NCBI GenBank assembly: GCA_013154305.1
Contig: JAADCT010000035.1
Coordinates: 1 to 47,435 of the forward strand
DNA: 47,435 bases
Source of the DNA: Aquificota bacterium
Lineage (GTDB): Bacteria > Aquificota > Aquificia > Aquificales > QOAS01
Reading direction: 5' to 3'
The notes under the pieces were generated by a model. The model saw only the letters and a program-made list of their open reading frames with translations. It had not been told where the DNA came from and did no database searches. Position numbers and translations under genes: made by a program. Positions 28,691 through 37,583 of this stretch are shown here, piece by piece. Position 1 is the first letter of the stretch, and each line of letters opens with the position of its first letter.

Positions 28691-29791
28691 ATGTCTTGGA
28701 AACCTTTGAGGATAGGAAAGTGGGAGGTCCCCGTTCCCATAATTCAGGGGGGAATGGGGGTGGGCCTCTCTTGGGAGAGACTGGCCGGTAGCGTGGCCCG
28801 CGAGGGCGCCGTCGGCGTCGTTTCGGCCGTCGGAACGGGCTACCGCTTTCCCGAGCTGGTCAAGCGCGACCGCTTCGGCCGCCCCATCGGCGAGCACAGC
28901 ACCAACTCGCCCGAGGCCCTCAAGAAGATAATCCGAATGGCCTACGACCTGGCCGGCTCCGACGACGCCGTAATCGGCGTAAACGTCCTCTACGCCATAA
29001 CCAACTACGGCGAGGTCGTGAGGGCCGCCTGCGAGGCCGGCGCCAAGCTGATAATAACCGGCGCGGGCCTGCCGCTCAAGCTCCCCGAATACACCAAAGA
29101 CTTTCCCGACGTGGCGCTCGTTCCCATAGTCTCCTCGGCCAGGGCCCTCCGCCTCATAGCCAAGACCTGGAAAAAGCGCTACGGGCGCCTGCCCGACGCC
29201 GTCATTTTGGAAGGACCCCTCAGCGGCGGCCACCAGGGTTTTAAGTACGAGGACTGTTTCAAACCCGAAAATCAGCTCGAAAACCTCCTGCCCTCGGTGC
29301 TCGAGGAGGCAAGGCGCTGGGGCGACATTCCGGTAATAGTGGCCGGCGGCGTTTGGGACAAAAACGACATCGACCGCTTTATGAAAATGGGCGCCGCCGG
29401 CGTTCAGATAGCCACCCGCTTCATAGCCACCCACGAGTGCGACGCACCCGAGGTTTACAAGAGGCTCCTCCTTAACGCCGAAAAGGACGACATAATCCTC
29501 CTGAAGTCGCCCGTCGGCTTTCCCCTGAGGGTGGTAAGGACCCCCTTCGTCGAAAGGCTTCTGAGCGGCTACAACGGTTGGAAGGGGTGCGTTTCCAACT
29601 GCGTGGTTCCCTGCAACCGCGGCGAGGAGGCCAAAAAGGTCGGCTTTTGCATCGCCGACCGCCTCGGGGCGGCCTACCTGGGCGACCTGGAGGAGGGCAT
29701 CTTCATAAGCGGCGCCAACGGCTACCGCCTCAAGGAGCAGGGAATAATTCCGGTCAAAGAGCTCATCGAGCGCCTGACGAGGGGCGAGTAG
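28691..29791 (+). CDS. fabX: FabX-like FMN/[4Fe-4S] acyl-ACP dehydrogenase-isomerase (nitronate monooxygenase family)
   Basis: QGGMGVG, EGPLSGGHQGFKYEDCFK and CVSNCVVPCNRGEEAKKVGFCIAD closely match H. pylori FabX as recalled. Confidence 0.8.
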   Translation: MSWKPLRIGKWEVPVPIIQGGMGVGLSWERLAGSVAREGAVGVVSAVGTGYRFPELVKRDRFGRPIGEHSTNSPEALKKIIRMAYDLAGSDDAVIGVNVLYAITNYGEVVRAACEAGAKLIITGAGLPLKLPEYTKDFPDVALVPIVSSARALRLIAKTWKKRYGRLPDAVILEGPLSGGHQGFKYEDCFKPENQLENLLPSVLEEARRWGDIPVIVAGGVWDKNDIDRFMKMGAAGVQIATRFIATHECDAPEVYKRLLLNAEKDDIILLKSPVGFPLRVVRTPFVERLLSGYNGWKGCVSNCVVPCNRGEEAKKVGFCIADRLGAAYLGDLEEGIFISGANGYRLKEQGIIPVKELIERLTRGE

Positions 29792-29793
29792 CC

Positions 29794-30030
29794 TCAACCG
29801 CCTCCGACGGGCGGAATTACGGCGACGGTGTCGCCGTCTTTCAATTCTCCCTCGTAGTATTCCCCGTTAACCGCGAAGCGGCTCACGCTTAACACCTTCT
29901 CCAGGGCGGGATACTTGTGGGCCAACAGGGTGCGGAGGTCTTCGGTCGTCTTGCCGGTAAAGCGGATGGTTTCGGCCTCCTTTCCCACCAGTTCCCTCGC
30001 CTGGGCGAAGTAAAGAACTTTTACCTCCAT
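29794..30030 (-). CDS. moaD: MoaD/ThiS-family sulfur carrier protein
   Basis: VLYFAQARE N-terminus, FAVN, LKDGD-VAVIPPVGGG C-terminal di-Gly. Confidence 0.88.
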   Translation of the reverse strand: MEVKVLYFAQARELVGKEAETIRFTGKTTEDLRTLLAHKYPALEKVLSVSRFAVNGEYYEGELKDGDTVAVIPPVGGG

Positions 30031-30082
30031 AAGGTTTTTAGGGATACACCGACTGGGAGGGTTTAAGCTTTTAAACCTTCCG

Positions 30083-30571
30083 ATGGGCAAAAGCCGCCGT
30101 CCCGCCCTCGTGGTGGTGGCCTACGGTTGCAACCGGGGCGACTGCCCCTCCCAAATAGAGCGGGCCCTCCTTTCGGTTCGGAGGGAGGTTTTCGTCCGCG
30201 GGGTCTCAAAACCGGTCGTTTCCGAGCCCTACGGGGTGAAAAATCAGCCCCCCTTTTTAAACGGGGTCCTCTTCGGCTACACCCGCCTGGCCCCCTTTGC
30301 CCTCCTGAGGTTTCTGAAGGCCGTCGAAAGGGAGGTGGGAAGAAAGCCGCGCTGCCGCTGGTGCGAGCGCGAAATCGACCTCGACCTGATTTACTACGAC
30401 GACCTCGTCTTGGAGTTTGAGGAGCTTAAAGTTCCCCACCCCGACCGTCTCAACCGCCCCTTCGTCCTCGGGCCGCTGGCCGAGCTCCTTCCCACTTTTG
30501 TCGACCCGCTGGTCCGAAAGACCGTCCGCCAACTCTACGGGGAGCTGAAGGAAAAGGGCAAAGCCCTCTGA
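30083..30571 (+). CDS. folK: 2-amino-4-hydroxy-6-hydroxymethyldihydropteridine diphosphokinase
   Basis: SEPYG..QPPFLN, REIDLDL, VPHP and RPFVLGPLAEL motifs. Confidence 0.9.
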   Translation: MGKSRRPALVVVAYGCNRGDCPSQIERALLSVRREVFVRGVSKPVVSEPYGVKNQPPFLNGVLFGYTRLAPFALLRFLKAVEREVGRKPRCRWCEREIDLDLIYYDDLVLEFEELKVPHPDRLNRPFVLGPLAELLPTFVDPLVRKTVRQLYGELKEKGKAL

Positions 30572-30577
30572 GGGATT

Positions 30578-31825
30578 TTAGGAGGAGGCCTCCTTCAGCC
30601 TCCGAACGACCTCCTCGAAGGGAAGCCTCTCCTGCTCCCTGCGCCGCAGGTCCTTAAGGGTGTAGAGGCCGCTCTTTAGCTCGTCCTCGCCCACCACCAG
30701 GGCAAAGTCGGCCCCTATCTTGTCGGCAAACTCAAACTGCTTCTTGATTTTGCCCTCGCGGTAGGAGAGCTCGGTGCGAACGCCCTCCTTACGCAGCAGC
30801 CGGGCCACCTTTAGGGCCTCCCTTTTTACCTCCTCGCCGCCGAAGGGGATTACGACCACCAGCGGGGGCCGCGGCGGAAGCTCTTTGAGCAAAAGCATGA
30901 GGCGCTCGACGCCGGCGGCAAAGCCGAGGGCGGGCGTGGGGGGGCCGCCCAGCTCCTCAACCAGGTAGTCGTAACGGCCGCCGGCCAAAACGGTCTTTCC
31001 CAATTCGGGGGAAACGAATTCGAAAACCGTTTTGGTGTAGTAGTCGAGACCGCGAACCAGGTAGGGATTTTCGGTAAACTCCACCCCGAGGGCGGAGAGG
31101 TACTCTTTGACCTTTTCGTGGTGGGTTTTACACTCCTCGCACAGGTAGTCGGTAATTTTGGGCGCCTCTTGGGCCACCCTCCGACAACCCTCCACCTTAC
31201 AGTCCAAAACGCGGAGGGGGTTTCTTTCGAGCCGCCTGCGGCAGTCTTCGCAGAGTTCCTCCTCGTGTTCCCTCAGGTATCGCAAAAGGGCCTCCCGGTA
31301 GCGGGGACGGCACTTTTTGCACCCGAGGGAGTTAATCTCGAGCCTCGCCTCCACGCCGAGGGTTTTTAAAATCTCGTCGGCGAGGCCCACGAGCTCGGCG
31401 TCGGCGACCGGGTTGGCGGTTCCGAAGACCTCGGCCCCTATCTGGTGAAATTCGCGGTAGCGCCCCCTTTGGGGCCTCTCGTGGCGAAACATGGGACCCT
31501 CGTAAAAGAGCTTTTTGTAGGTCCCGTCGGCGTAGAGCTTGTTTTCGATAAAGGCGCGGACGGCACCGGCCGTTCCCTCCGGCCGGAGGGCCACCTCCCT
31601 TCCCCCCTTGTCGGTAAAGACGAACATCTCCTTTTCGACGACGTCGGTGGCCTCCCCAATCGAACGGGCAAAGAGCTTGGCGTATTCGACCGTCGGGAGA
31701 ATGACCTCCTCGAAGTTGTACCTTTCGAGGACCTTGCGGGCCGTGTCGACCACGAAGCGGTACTTTCGGGCCTCCTCCCCGACGAGGTCCCTAAAACCGC
31801 GGACGGTCTTTACCTTCTCGGCCAT
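30578..31825 (-). CDS. hisS: Histidyl-tRNA synthetase
   Basis: LRPEGTA, FRHERPQRGRYREFHQ, LVRGLDYY, GGRYD and GFAAGVER motifs. Confidence 0.97.
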   Translation of the reverse strand: MAEKVKTVRGFRDLVGEEARKYRFVVDTARKVLERYNFEEVILPTVEYAKLFARSIGEATDVVEKEMFVFTDKGGREVALRPEGTAGAVRAFIENKLYADGTYKKLFYEGPMFRHERPQRGRYREFHQIGAEVFGTANPVADAELVGLADEILKTLGVEARLEINSLGCKKCRPRYREALLRYLREHEEELCEDCRRRLERNPLRVLDCKVEGCRRVAQEAPKITDYLCEECKTHHEKVKEYLSALGVEFTENPYLVRGLDYYTKTVFEFVSPELGKTVLAGGRYDYLVEELGGPPTPALGFAAGVERLMLLLKELPPRPPLVVVIPFGGEEVKREALKVARLLRKEGVRTELSYREGKIKKQFEFADKIGADFALVVGEDELKSGLYTLKDLRRREQERLPFEEVVRRLKEASS

Positions 31826-31847
31826 CGGTAAAGGTAAAAGTTTAGCC

Positions 31848-31876
31848 TTGCTTCGGGCCGCCTATTTTGGTATATT
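31848..31876 (+). promoter_or_regulatory. Sigma70-type promoter for tRNA-Pro
   Basis: TTGCTT-17 bp-TATATT with TG extended -10, 14 nt before the tRNA. Confidence 0.65.
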
Positions 31877-31890
31877 TATCTTTTTGTCCA

Positions 31891-31965
31891 CGGGGCGTAG
31901 CTCAGAGGCAGAGCGCTGGCATGGGGGGCCAGAGGTCGCCGGTTCGATCCCGGCCGCCCCGACCA
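31891..31965 (+). tRNA. tRNA-Pro (GGG)
   Basis: Acceptor CGGGGCG/CGCCCCG + ACCA; D arm GCTC/GAGC; anticodon arm CTGGC-ATGGGGG-GCCAG; T arm GCCGG-TTCGATC-CCGGC. Confidence 0.96.
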
Positions 31966-32113
31966 TCCTGAGTTAAAAACCTTACCTTTCCCTCCGTCGG
32001 TCTTAAAAAACCTTTCCCCGTCGGGAAAAAGGAGCGCTTCCGTTCGGCGGAAGAAATTTCTGGTCGGCGGTCCCCTCCTCGGCGACACTTTTTCTATTTT
32101 GGAGGTGTTGCCC

Positions 32114-34009
32114 TTGCTCGAGAGGTACGAGCTTTTAAAGGAATACAGGTCGCCCGAGGACCTAAAGAGGTGGGACTACGAAAAGCTTAAGAAACTGGCC
32201 GAGGAGGTTCGCGACTACATAATCCGCGTAACGGCCAAAACGGGCGGCCACGTTGGACCCTCCTTGGGAACGGTCGAACTGACCATAGCCCTCCTGAGGG
32301 TCTTTAATCCCCCCGACGACGCCGTCGTTTGGGACGTGGGCCACCAGGCCTACGCCTGGAAGATACTGACCGACCGGAAGGAGGCCTTCCAAACCCTGCG
32401 CCAATACGGGGGAATTTCCGGTTTCGTAAAGAGGGGGGAAAGCCCCTACGACGCCTTTACGGTGGGCCACAGCTCCACCTCCATATCGGCGGCCCTCGGC
32501 ATCCGAAAGGGAAAGGACCTGACCGGTAGACAAAAGGACTTCGTGGTGGCGGTTATAGGCGACGGGGCCCTGACGGGCGGCGAGGCTTGGGAGGGCCTCA
32601 ACAACGCCGGACAGCTCAGGCCCGACCGCTTTCTGGTAATCCTCAACGACAACGAGATGTCGATTTCACCCAACGTGGGCGCCGTGTCCAACTACCTGAA
32701 CAAGGTCTACAGCGGTAAGGTCGTCCAGGAGCTGAGGCAAAAAATCAAACGGCTTTTGGAAAACAACTTCAAGCCGGGCCTGCGGCTGATGAAGCTCCTC
32801 GAGGAATTTATGAAGGGTCTCATCTCGCCGGGCATCCTTTTCGAGGAGTTGGGGTTTAACTACATAGGCGTCATCGACGGCCACGACCTCCCCCTTTTGG
32901 TCCAAACGCTGGAAAACACCAAACACATCGAGGGTCCGGTCCTGCTTCACGTTAGGACCGTCAAGGGGAAGGGCTACCGGCCGGCCGAGGAAAACCCGGT
33001 AAAGTGGCACGGCGTCGGACCCTACAAGGTGGAAACGGGCGAGAGCCTCAAAAAGGGGACCAAAAGCTGGTCCAAGGCCTTCGGCGAAGCCCTGGTGGAA
33101 CTGGCCGAGCGCGACGAGAGGATAGTGGCGATAACGCCGGCCATGAAGGAGGGCTCGGGTCTGGCCGAATTTGCCGAGCGCTTTCCCGACCGCTTTTTCG
33201 ACGTGGGGATTGCGGAGCAGCACGCGGCCACCTTCGCGGCCGGCCTGGCCACCCAAGGCCTCAGGCCCGTCTTGGCCTACTACTCGACCTTTATGCAGCG
33301 GGCCTACGACCAGATAATCCACGACATAGCCCTCCAAAAGCTTCCGGTGGTTTTGGCCGTCGACCGCGCCGGCTTGGTGGGCGAGGACGGACCGACCCAC
33401 CACGGGGCCTTCGACCTCTCTTACCTGAGGGTCGTTCCCGGCGCGGTAGTGGCCGCCCCCAAGGACGAGGTCGAGCTGAGGAACCTCCTCTACACGGCCC
33501 TGAAGTGGGAGGGCGGACCCTTTGCGATAAGGTATCCGCGCGGGGCGGTCGTCGAGAGCCTGAGCGGCCGTCCCCCCGAGGGCTTCGAGGAAATAGAGGT
33601 GGGCTCTTGGGAGGTCCTGCGGAGGGGAAGCCTCCCGGTGGCCCTTTTGGGCGTCGGCGTTGCGGTCTCGTGGTGTCTGGAGGCGGCCCGCCTGGTCGAA
33701 AGGGAGCTGGGCGAGGCGCCGACGGTCGTAAACGCCCGCTTCGTCAAACCCCTCGATTCGGAGCTTTTAAAAACCCTCGCCCTCAAAAAGGAGTTTCTGA
33801 TAACCGTTGAGGAAAACGCCCTCAAAGGGGGATTCGGTTCGGCAGTTTTGGAGGAGCTTTCCGACGCCGGACTCTCGAAGGAGGTTTCCGTCGTTCGGAT
33901 AGGACTTCCCGACCGCTTTATCGAACACGGTCCCCAAAAGGTCCTGAGGGAAAAGTTGGGCCTGACGCCGGAGGCGATTGCCAAAAGGGTCCTCTCGTTG
34001 GTCGCCTGA
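32114..34009 (+). CDS. dxs: 1-deoxy-D-xylulose-5-phosphate synthase
   Basis: GGHVGPSLG, WDVGHQAY, GDGALTGG, DVGIAEQHA and DRAGLVGEDGPTHHG motifs; TTG start at 32114 after SD GGAGGT. Confidence 0.96.
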   Translation: MLERYELLKEYRSPEDLKRWDYEKLKKLAEEVRDYIIRVTAKTGGHVGPSLGTVELTIALLRVFNPPDDAVVWDVGHQAYAWKILTDRKEAFQTLRQYGGISGFVKRGESPYDAFTVGHSSTSISAALGIRKGKDLTGRQKDFVVAVIGDGALTGGEAWEGLNNAGQLRPDRFLVILNDNEMSISPNVGAVSNYLNKVYSGKVVQELRQKIKRLLENNFKPGLRLMKLLEEFMKGLISPGILFEELGFNYIGVIDGHDLPLLVQTLENTKHIEGPVLLHVRTVKGKGYRPAEENPVKWHGVGPYKVETGESLKKGTKSWSKAFGEALVELAERDERIVAITPAMKEGSGLAEFAERFPDRFFDVGIAEQHAATFAAGLATQGLRPVLAYYSTFMQRAYDQIIHDIALQKLPVVLAVDRAGLVGEDGPTHHGAFDLSYLRVVPGAVVAAPKDEVELRNLLYTALKWEGGPFAIRYPRGAVVESLSGRPPEGFEEIEVGSWEVLRRGSLPVALLGVGVAVSWCLEAARLVERELGEAPTVVNARFVKPLDSELLKTLALKKEFLITVEENALKGGFGSAVLEELSDAGLSKEVSVVRIGLPDRFIEHGPQKVLREKLGLTPEAIAKRVLSLVA

Positions 34010-34059
34010 AGTTCGGCTTCACCTTTTGCCGGCCTTAAGTTTTTAATTTCCGTTTGGGG

Positions 34060-35811
34060 ATGGGTTTTACCTACGTGACCGAAGAGGGGACCCTCGGGGA
34101 AGTTCTAAAAAGGTTGGAAAGGGCGCGGTTCGTCTACCTCGACATCGAAACCACCGCCTCCGAAGACTTTAGAAAGAGTAAAGTTCGGTTGCTGCAGCTG
34201 GGCGACGACGAGGAGACTTTCGTCGTCGACCTCTTCGAGTGCCCCTCCTGCGCCCAAAGGCTGAAGGAGGTTTTGAACAAAAAGGCCTGGGTCGGGCACA
34301 ACCTGCGCTTTGACGTAAAACACCTTTACTACCACTTCGGAATGCAGCCGCTGACCACCTTCGACACCTACATAGCCTCCCTCCTTTTGGGAAACGAGAG
34401 AAACAGCCTCCAGGCGGTGGTCGAAAAGTACTTGGGCGAATACCTGGACAAGACGGAGCAAACTTCCAACTGGGGGGCCTCGGTCCTCTCGCGCCAACAA
34501 ATCGAATACGCGGCCAAGGACGTCGAAATTCTGCGGCGCCTCTTTCCCATCCTGCTTAAGGAGCTGAACGCCGCCACCTCCCAAAGAAGGCCCGAACTTT
34601 TGAAAACTCAGGTGGCCGAGATTTTCGGTCTCGAAAACCCGGTTGCGATTGTTGAGATGGCGGCGGTAAAGCACGTGGCCAAACTCGAGGCCCACGGCTT
34701 TGCCCTCGACGTTGAGGTTTTGAAAAAACTCCTGAAGGAGCTCAAGCTCAAACTCCAAAAGGCGCAAATCGACTTCATCACCCGGTACGGGAAAATCGAC
34801 GTCTTTTCCTCTAAACAGGTGGCCCAGTTTCTGACCAAAAGGCTCGGTCTCTCCCTACCCTCGACCAAAAAGGGGAACGTTTCGACCGACGACAAGGCGC
34901 TTTCGGAGTACCTGGAGGTTCCCGCCGTTGCCGAAATCGTCAAAATCCGCAAGATGAAGAAAACCTACGACAAGATTCGCGAACTGGCGGGCTACGTCAA
35001 GGAGGACGGCCGCGTCTATCCCGAATTTAAGCAAATCGGCGCCAAAACGGGTCGGATGTCCTCCAGTGAGCCCAACGTCCAAAACATTCCCCGCGACCTT
35101 AGGAAAATCTTTAAGGCGCCCGAGGGCCGCCTGCTGGTCATCGCCGACTTTTCCCAAATCGAGCTGCGGATAGCGGCCGAGTTCGTAAACGAGGAGCGGA
35201 TGATAGAGGCCTTTAGGAGGGGCGAGGACATGCACGTTTTGACCGCCTCCCTCGTTTTGGGAAAGCAAAAGGACGAGGTTACCAAGGAGGAGAGGCAGCT
35301 GGCCAAGGCGATGAACTACGGTCTCATTTACGGTATATCGCCGAGGGGTTTGATGGAATACGCCAAGTTCGGTTACGGCGTCGACGTTTCGCTCGAGGAG
35401 GCAAAGGAGCTGATTAAAAAGTTCTTCAGGGCCTTTCCGCGCTTTTACGAGTGGCACAAAAGCCTGCGCGAAACGCTGCGCGACAAGGGCCGCGTCGAGG
35501 GCGAAACGCTTTTGGGCCGCCGCTTCGTGGCCGAGACGTTTCAAGACGCGGCCAACTATCCCATTCAGGGAACGGGTGCCGACATTTTAAAGCTCGCCGT
35601 CGACATTTTCGGCTATCAGTGCGAGGTCCAGGGTCTGGAGGCCCGGTTGGTAAATCTGGTCCACGACGAGATTGTCTGCGAGGTTCCCGCCGAAAAAGCG
35701 GGGGAGGTGGCCGAACTGCTCAAAGAGAGCATGGAGTTTGCCGGGAGCCTCGTTCTCAAGAAGGTTCCCGTCGAGGTGGAAACGGCCGTTTCCGAAAGGT
35801 GGGAAAAGTGA
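34060..35811 (+). CDS. polA: Family A DNA polymerase lacking the 5'-3' nuclease (3'-5' exonuclease + polymerase; Aquificae type)
   Basis: Exo I DIET, Exo II GHNLRFD, Exo III YAAKD; motif A DFSQIELR, motif B RQLAKAMNYGLIYG, motif C VHDE. Confidence 0.95.
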   Translation: MGFTYVTEEGTLGEVLKRLERARFVYLDIETTASEDFRKSKVRLLQLGDDEETFVVDLFECPSCAQRLKEVLNKKAWVGHNLRFDVKHLYYHFGMQPLTTFDTYIASLLLGNERNSLQAVVEKYLGEYLDKTEQTSNWGASVLSRQQIEYAAKDVEILRRLFPILLKELNAATSQRRPELLKTQVAEIFGLENPVAIVEMAAVKHVAKLEAHGFALDVEVLKKLLKELKLKLQKAQIDFITRYGKIDVFSSKQVAQFLTKRLGLSLPSTKKGNVSTDDKALSEYLEVPAVAEIVKIRKMKKTYDKIRELAGYVKEDGRVYPEFKQIGAKTGRMSSSEPNVQNIPRDLRKIFKAPEGRLLVIADFSQIELRIAAEFVNEERMIEAFRRGEDMHVLTASLVLGKQKDEVTKEERQLAKAMNYGLIYGISPRGLMEYAKFGYGVDVSLEEAKELIKKFFRAFPRFYEWHKSLRETLRDKGRVEGETLLGRRFVAETFQDAANYPIQGTGADILKLAVDIFGYQCEVQGLEARLVNLVHDEIVCEVPAEKAGEVAELLKESMEFAGSLVLKKVPVEVETAVSERWEK

Positions 35812-35814
35812 GGG

Positions 35815-36168
35815 CTACTCCAGGCCGAGGATGCCCTTTAGCCTCCTCTTTACCTTCGTCAGGCCAAGCTTCATGCCGGCGTAGCTCATTATTCGGGCCA
35901 TTTGTTTGTACTTTTCCCGCTCGTAGCAGGGGTCGGGACACTTGCGGCAGCGGGGTTTGGGGTCGTGGGGACACTCGGTCAGCCGCTCGACGGCGTAGGC
36001 AAAGAGGGCGTGGCATTCGGGGCAAAGGGCCACCTCGAAGACGAACTCCCTGCCCTTGTAAGTTACCGAATAGCTCCTCGTCTCCTGCCCCGAGTGCTTG
36101 TCGGCGCAGTAGACGGGAAACATCCTTATTAGGGTCCTTAGCTCCTTTTCGAAGTCCTCTACCTTCAC
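35815..36168 (-). CDS. YgbA-family Cys-rich protein ('nitrous oxide-stimulated promoter' family)
   Basis: YC..KH, LCPEC, RLTECP, KPRCRKCPDPCY and IMSYAG motifs. Confidence 0.82.
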   Translation of the reverse strand: MKVEDFEKELRTLIRMFPVYCADKHSGQETRSYSVTYKGREFVFEVALCPECHALFAYAVERLTECPHDPKPRCRKCPDPCYEREKYKQMARIMSYAGMKLGLTKVKRRLKGILGLE

Positions 36169-36260
36169 GGTAAGGTAAAGTTAAAGCTCGGCGCCGCCCC
36201 CTTTCCTTGACCGCGGACAAGAAGGGCGTTGGCGTTCGCTAAAATGTGAGATAACTCCTA

Positions 36261-36288
36261 TTGACAAGTTAAAACGGCGCAATATATT
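36261..36288 (+). promoter_or_regulatory. Sigma70-type promoter for the peroxiredoxin gene
   Basis: Consensus TTGACA, 16-bp spacer, TATATT; SD AGGAGG downstream. Confidence 0.6.
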
Positions 36289-36327
36289 AAGGTTGGTGAA
36301 AAAAATTTGCAACAAGGAGGTAGGGCG

Positions 36328-36996
36328 ATGAGCCTGCTGCTGCAAAAGTTTCCCGAAATGGAAGTGGTTACCACCCACGGAAGGATTAAGCTCCCCGACC
36401 ACTTTACCGGTCAAGGAAAGGGCTTTATCCTCTTTTCCCACCCGGCGGACTTTACCCCCGTGTGCACCACCGAGTTCGTCGAGTTTCAAAGGCGCCAGGA
36501 GGAATTCAGGAAAGAGGGCTTTGAACTAATCGGTCTGTCGGTGGACCAGGTCTTTTCCCACATCAAGTGGATGGACTGGATTAGGGAAAAGCTCGGCGTT
36601 GAGATTCAGTTCCCCATCATCGCCGACGACACCGGTGAGGTGGCCCGCGCCCTCGACATGATTCCCGAGGGCAAGACCAAAACCGTAAGGAGCGTCTACG
36701 TCGTCGACAAAAACGGCATCGTCCAGGCCATCATCACCTATCCCTACGACGTCGGCCGTAACATCGACGAAATTCTGAGGTACGTTAAGGCCCTAAACGT
36801 TTCGCAGGCAAACGGCGTGGCCATGCCCGCCAACTGGGGCGTCGACATGGTCGAGTGGAGGCCCAACTCCCTCATCGGTAACAAGGTGATTATTCCCCCC
36901 GCCGCCGACGTCGAAACGGCCAGAAAGCGCCTCGAGGCCGCCGAAAGGGGCGAAATCGAGTGCTTCGACTGGTGGTTCTGCTGCAAGTCCCTCTAA
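36328..36996 (+). CDS. Peroxiredoxin (Prx6/archaeal-type AhpC with C-terminal Cys)
   Basis: [21 protein letters not shown] and C-terminal ECFDWWFC. Confidence 0.93.
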   Translation: MSLLLQKFPEMEVVTTHGRIKLPDHFTGQGKGFILFSHPADFTPVCTTEFVEFQRRQEEFRKEGFELIGLSVDQVFSHIKWMDWIREKLGVEIQFPIIADDTGEVARALDMIPEGKTKTVRSVYVVDKNGIVQAIITYPYDVGRNIDEILRYVKALNVSQANGVAMPANWGVDMVEWRPNSLIGNKVIIPPAADVETARKRLEAAERGEIECFDWWFCCKSL

Positions 36997-37011
36997 TCCT
37001 TTAAAAACCTC

Positions 37012-37039
37012 CCCGCGGCCCTTAGGCCGCGGGCTTTTT
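37012..37039 (+). terminator. Intrinsic terminator after the peroxiredoxin gene (copy 1 of the 23-bp element)
   Basis: CCCGCGGCC-CTTA-GGCCGCGGG followed by CTTTTT. Confidence 0.7.
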
Positions 37040-37046
37040 CCCCTTT

Positions 37047-37541
37047 TTAAAATCCGCAGTCGGTAAATTCGACCTCCAGCTCCAGCCTGTAGGGGCCGAG
37101 GGATAGGCTCCAGCGTTTGGGAACGAAAGTCCAGGTTTTTCCCTGCGGGGTTTCCTTAAAAACGCACCGGGGAAAGGTGTCCCTTGCGACCGTCCCGTCG
37201 GGGGTCTTGAAGAACATCAGTCGGCCTCCGCGGTACCAAAGTTCGAGCGACACCTCCTTTCGGACCTCCGGCCTCCGGAGTTCCACCTCGAGGACGCCGA
37301 AGAGTTTTTGTTCCCGAACCTCGCCGCCGCCTCTGAACTCCATCTCGAGGCGGTAAAGGTTTTCGCCCACGGGCCTAACGCGGTAGCGCTCGAGCCGCAG
37401 CCTTCCCTCGGGTCCGACGAGGTAGGAAGCGCCGGGTCGGAGGAAAAAGTCCACCTTCGGGTCGGGAAAGAGGGAGGGGACCTCCGACAGGTCGAGGGCA
37501 AGGACGAGGACCGGCAGGAGGGGAAAAAGTTTTTTGACCAT
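37047..37541 (-). CDS. Hypothetical exported protein
   Basis: Signal-peptide-like N-terminus MVKKLFPLLPVLVLA; beta-rich; fills the gap between known genes. Confidence 0.6.
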   Translation of the reverse strand: MVKKLFPLLPVLVLALDLSEVPSLFPDPKVDFFLRPGASYLVGPEGRLRLERYRVRPVGENLYRLEMEFRGGGEVREQKLFGVLEVELRRPEVRKEVSLELWYRGGRLMFFKTPDGTVARDTFPRCVFKETPQGKTWTFVPKRWSLSLGPYRLELEVEFTDCGF

Positions 37542-37583
37542 CAAAGGTTAAGAATTTGGACCCGTTTACCATAGAGGGTCTTG

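Noticed and set aside
28667-29797. 376-aa minus-strand ORF, and similar long shadows at 18667-19902 and 39432-40625
   Set aside because: They overlap well-supported genes on the opposite strand or in another frame and have no recognisable domains
31966-32098. Imperfect tandem AAAAAC...CCTTTCCC..CGTCGG after tRNA-Pro; possible att site or ncRNA
   Set aside because: Low-complexity and short; I saw no duplicated tRNA 3' end, integrase or foreign-looking genes nearby
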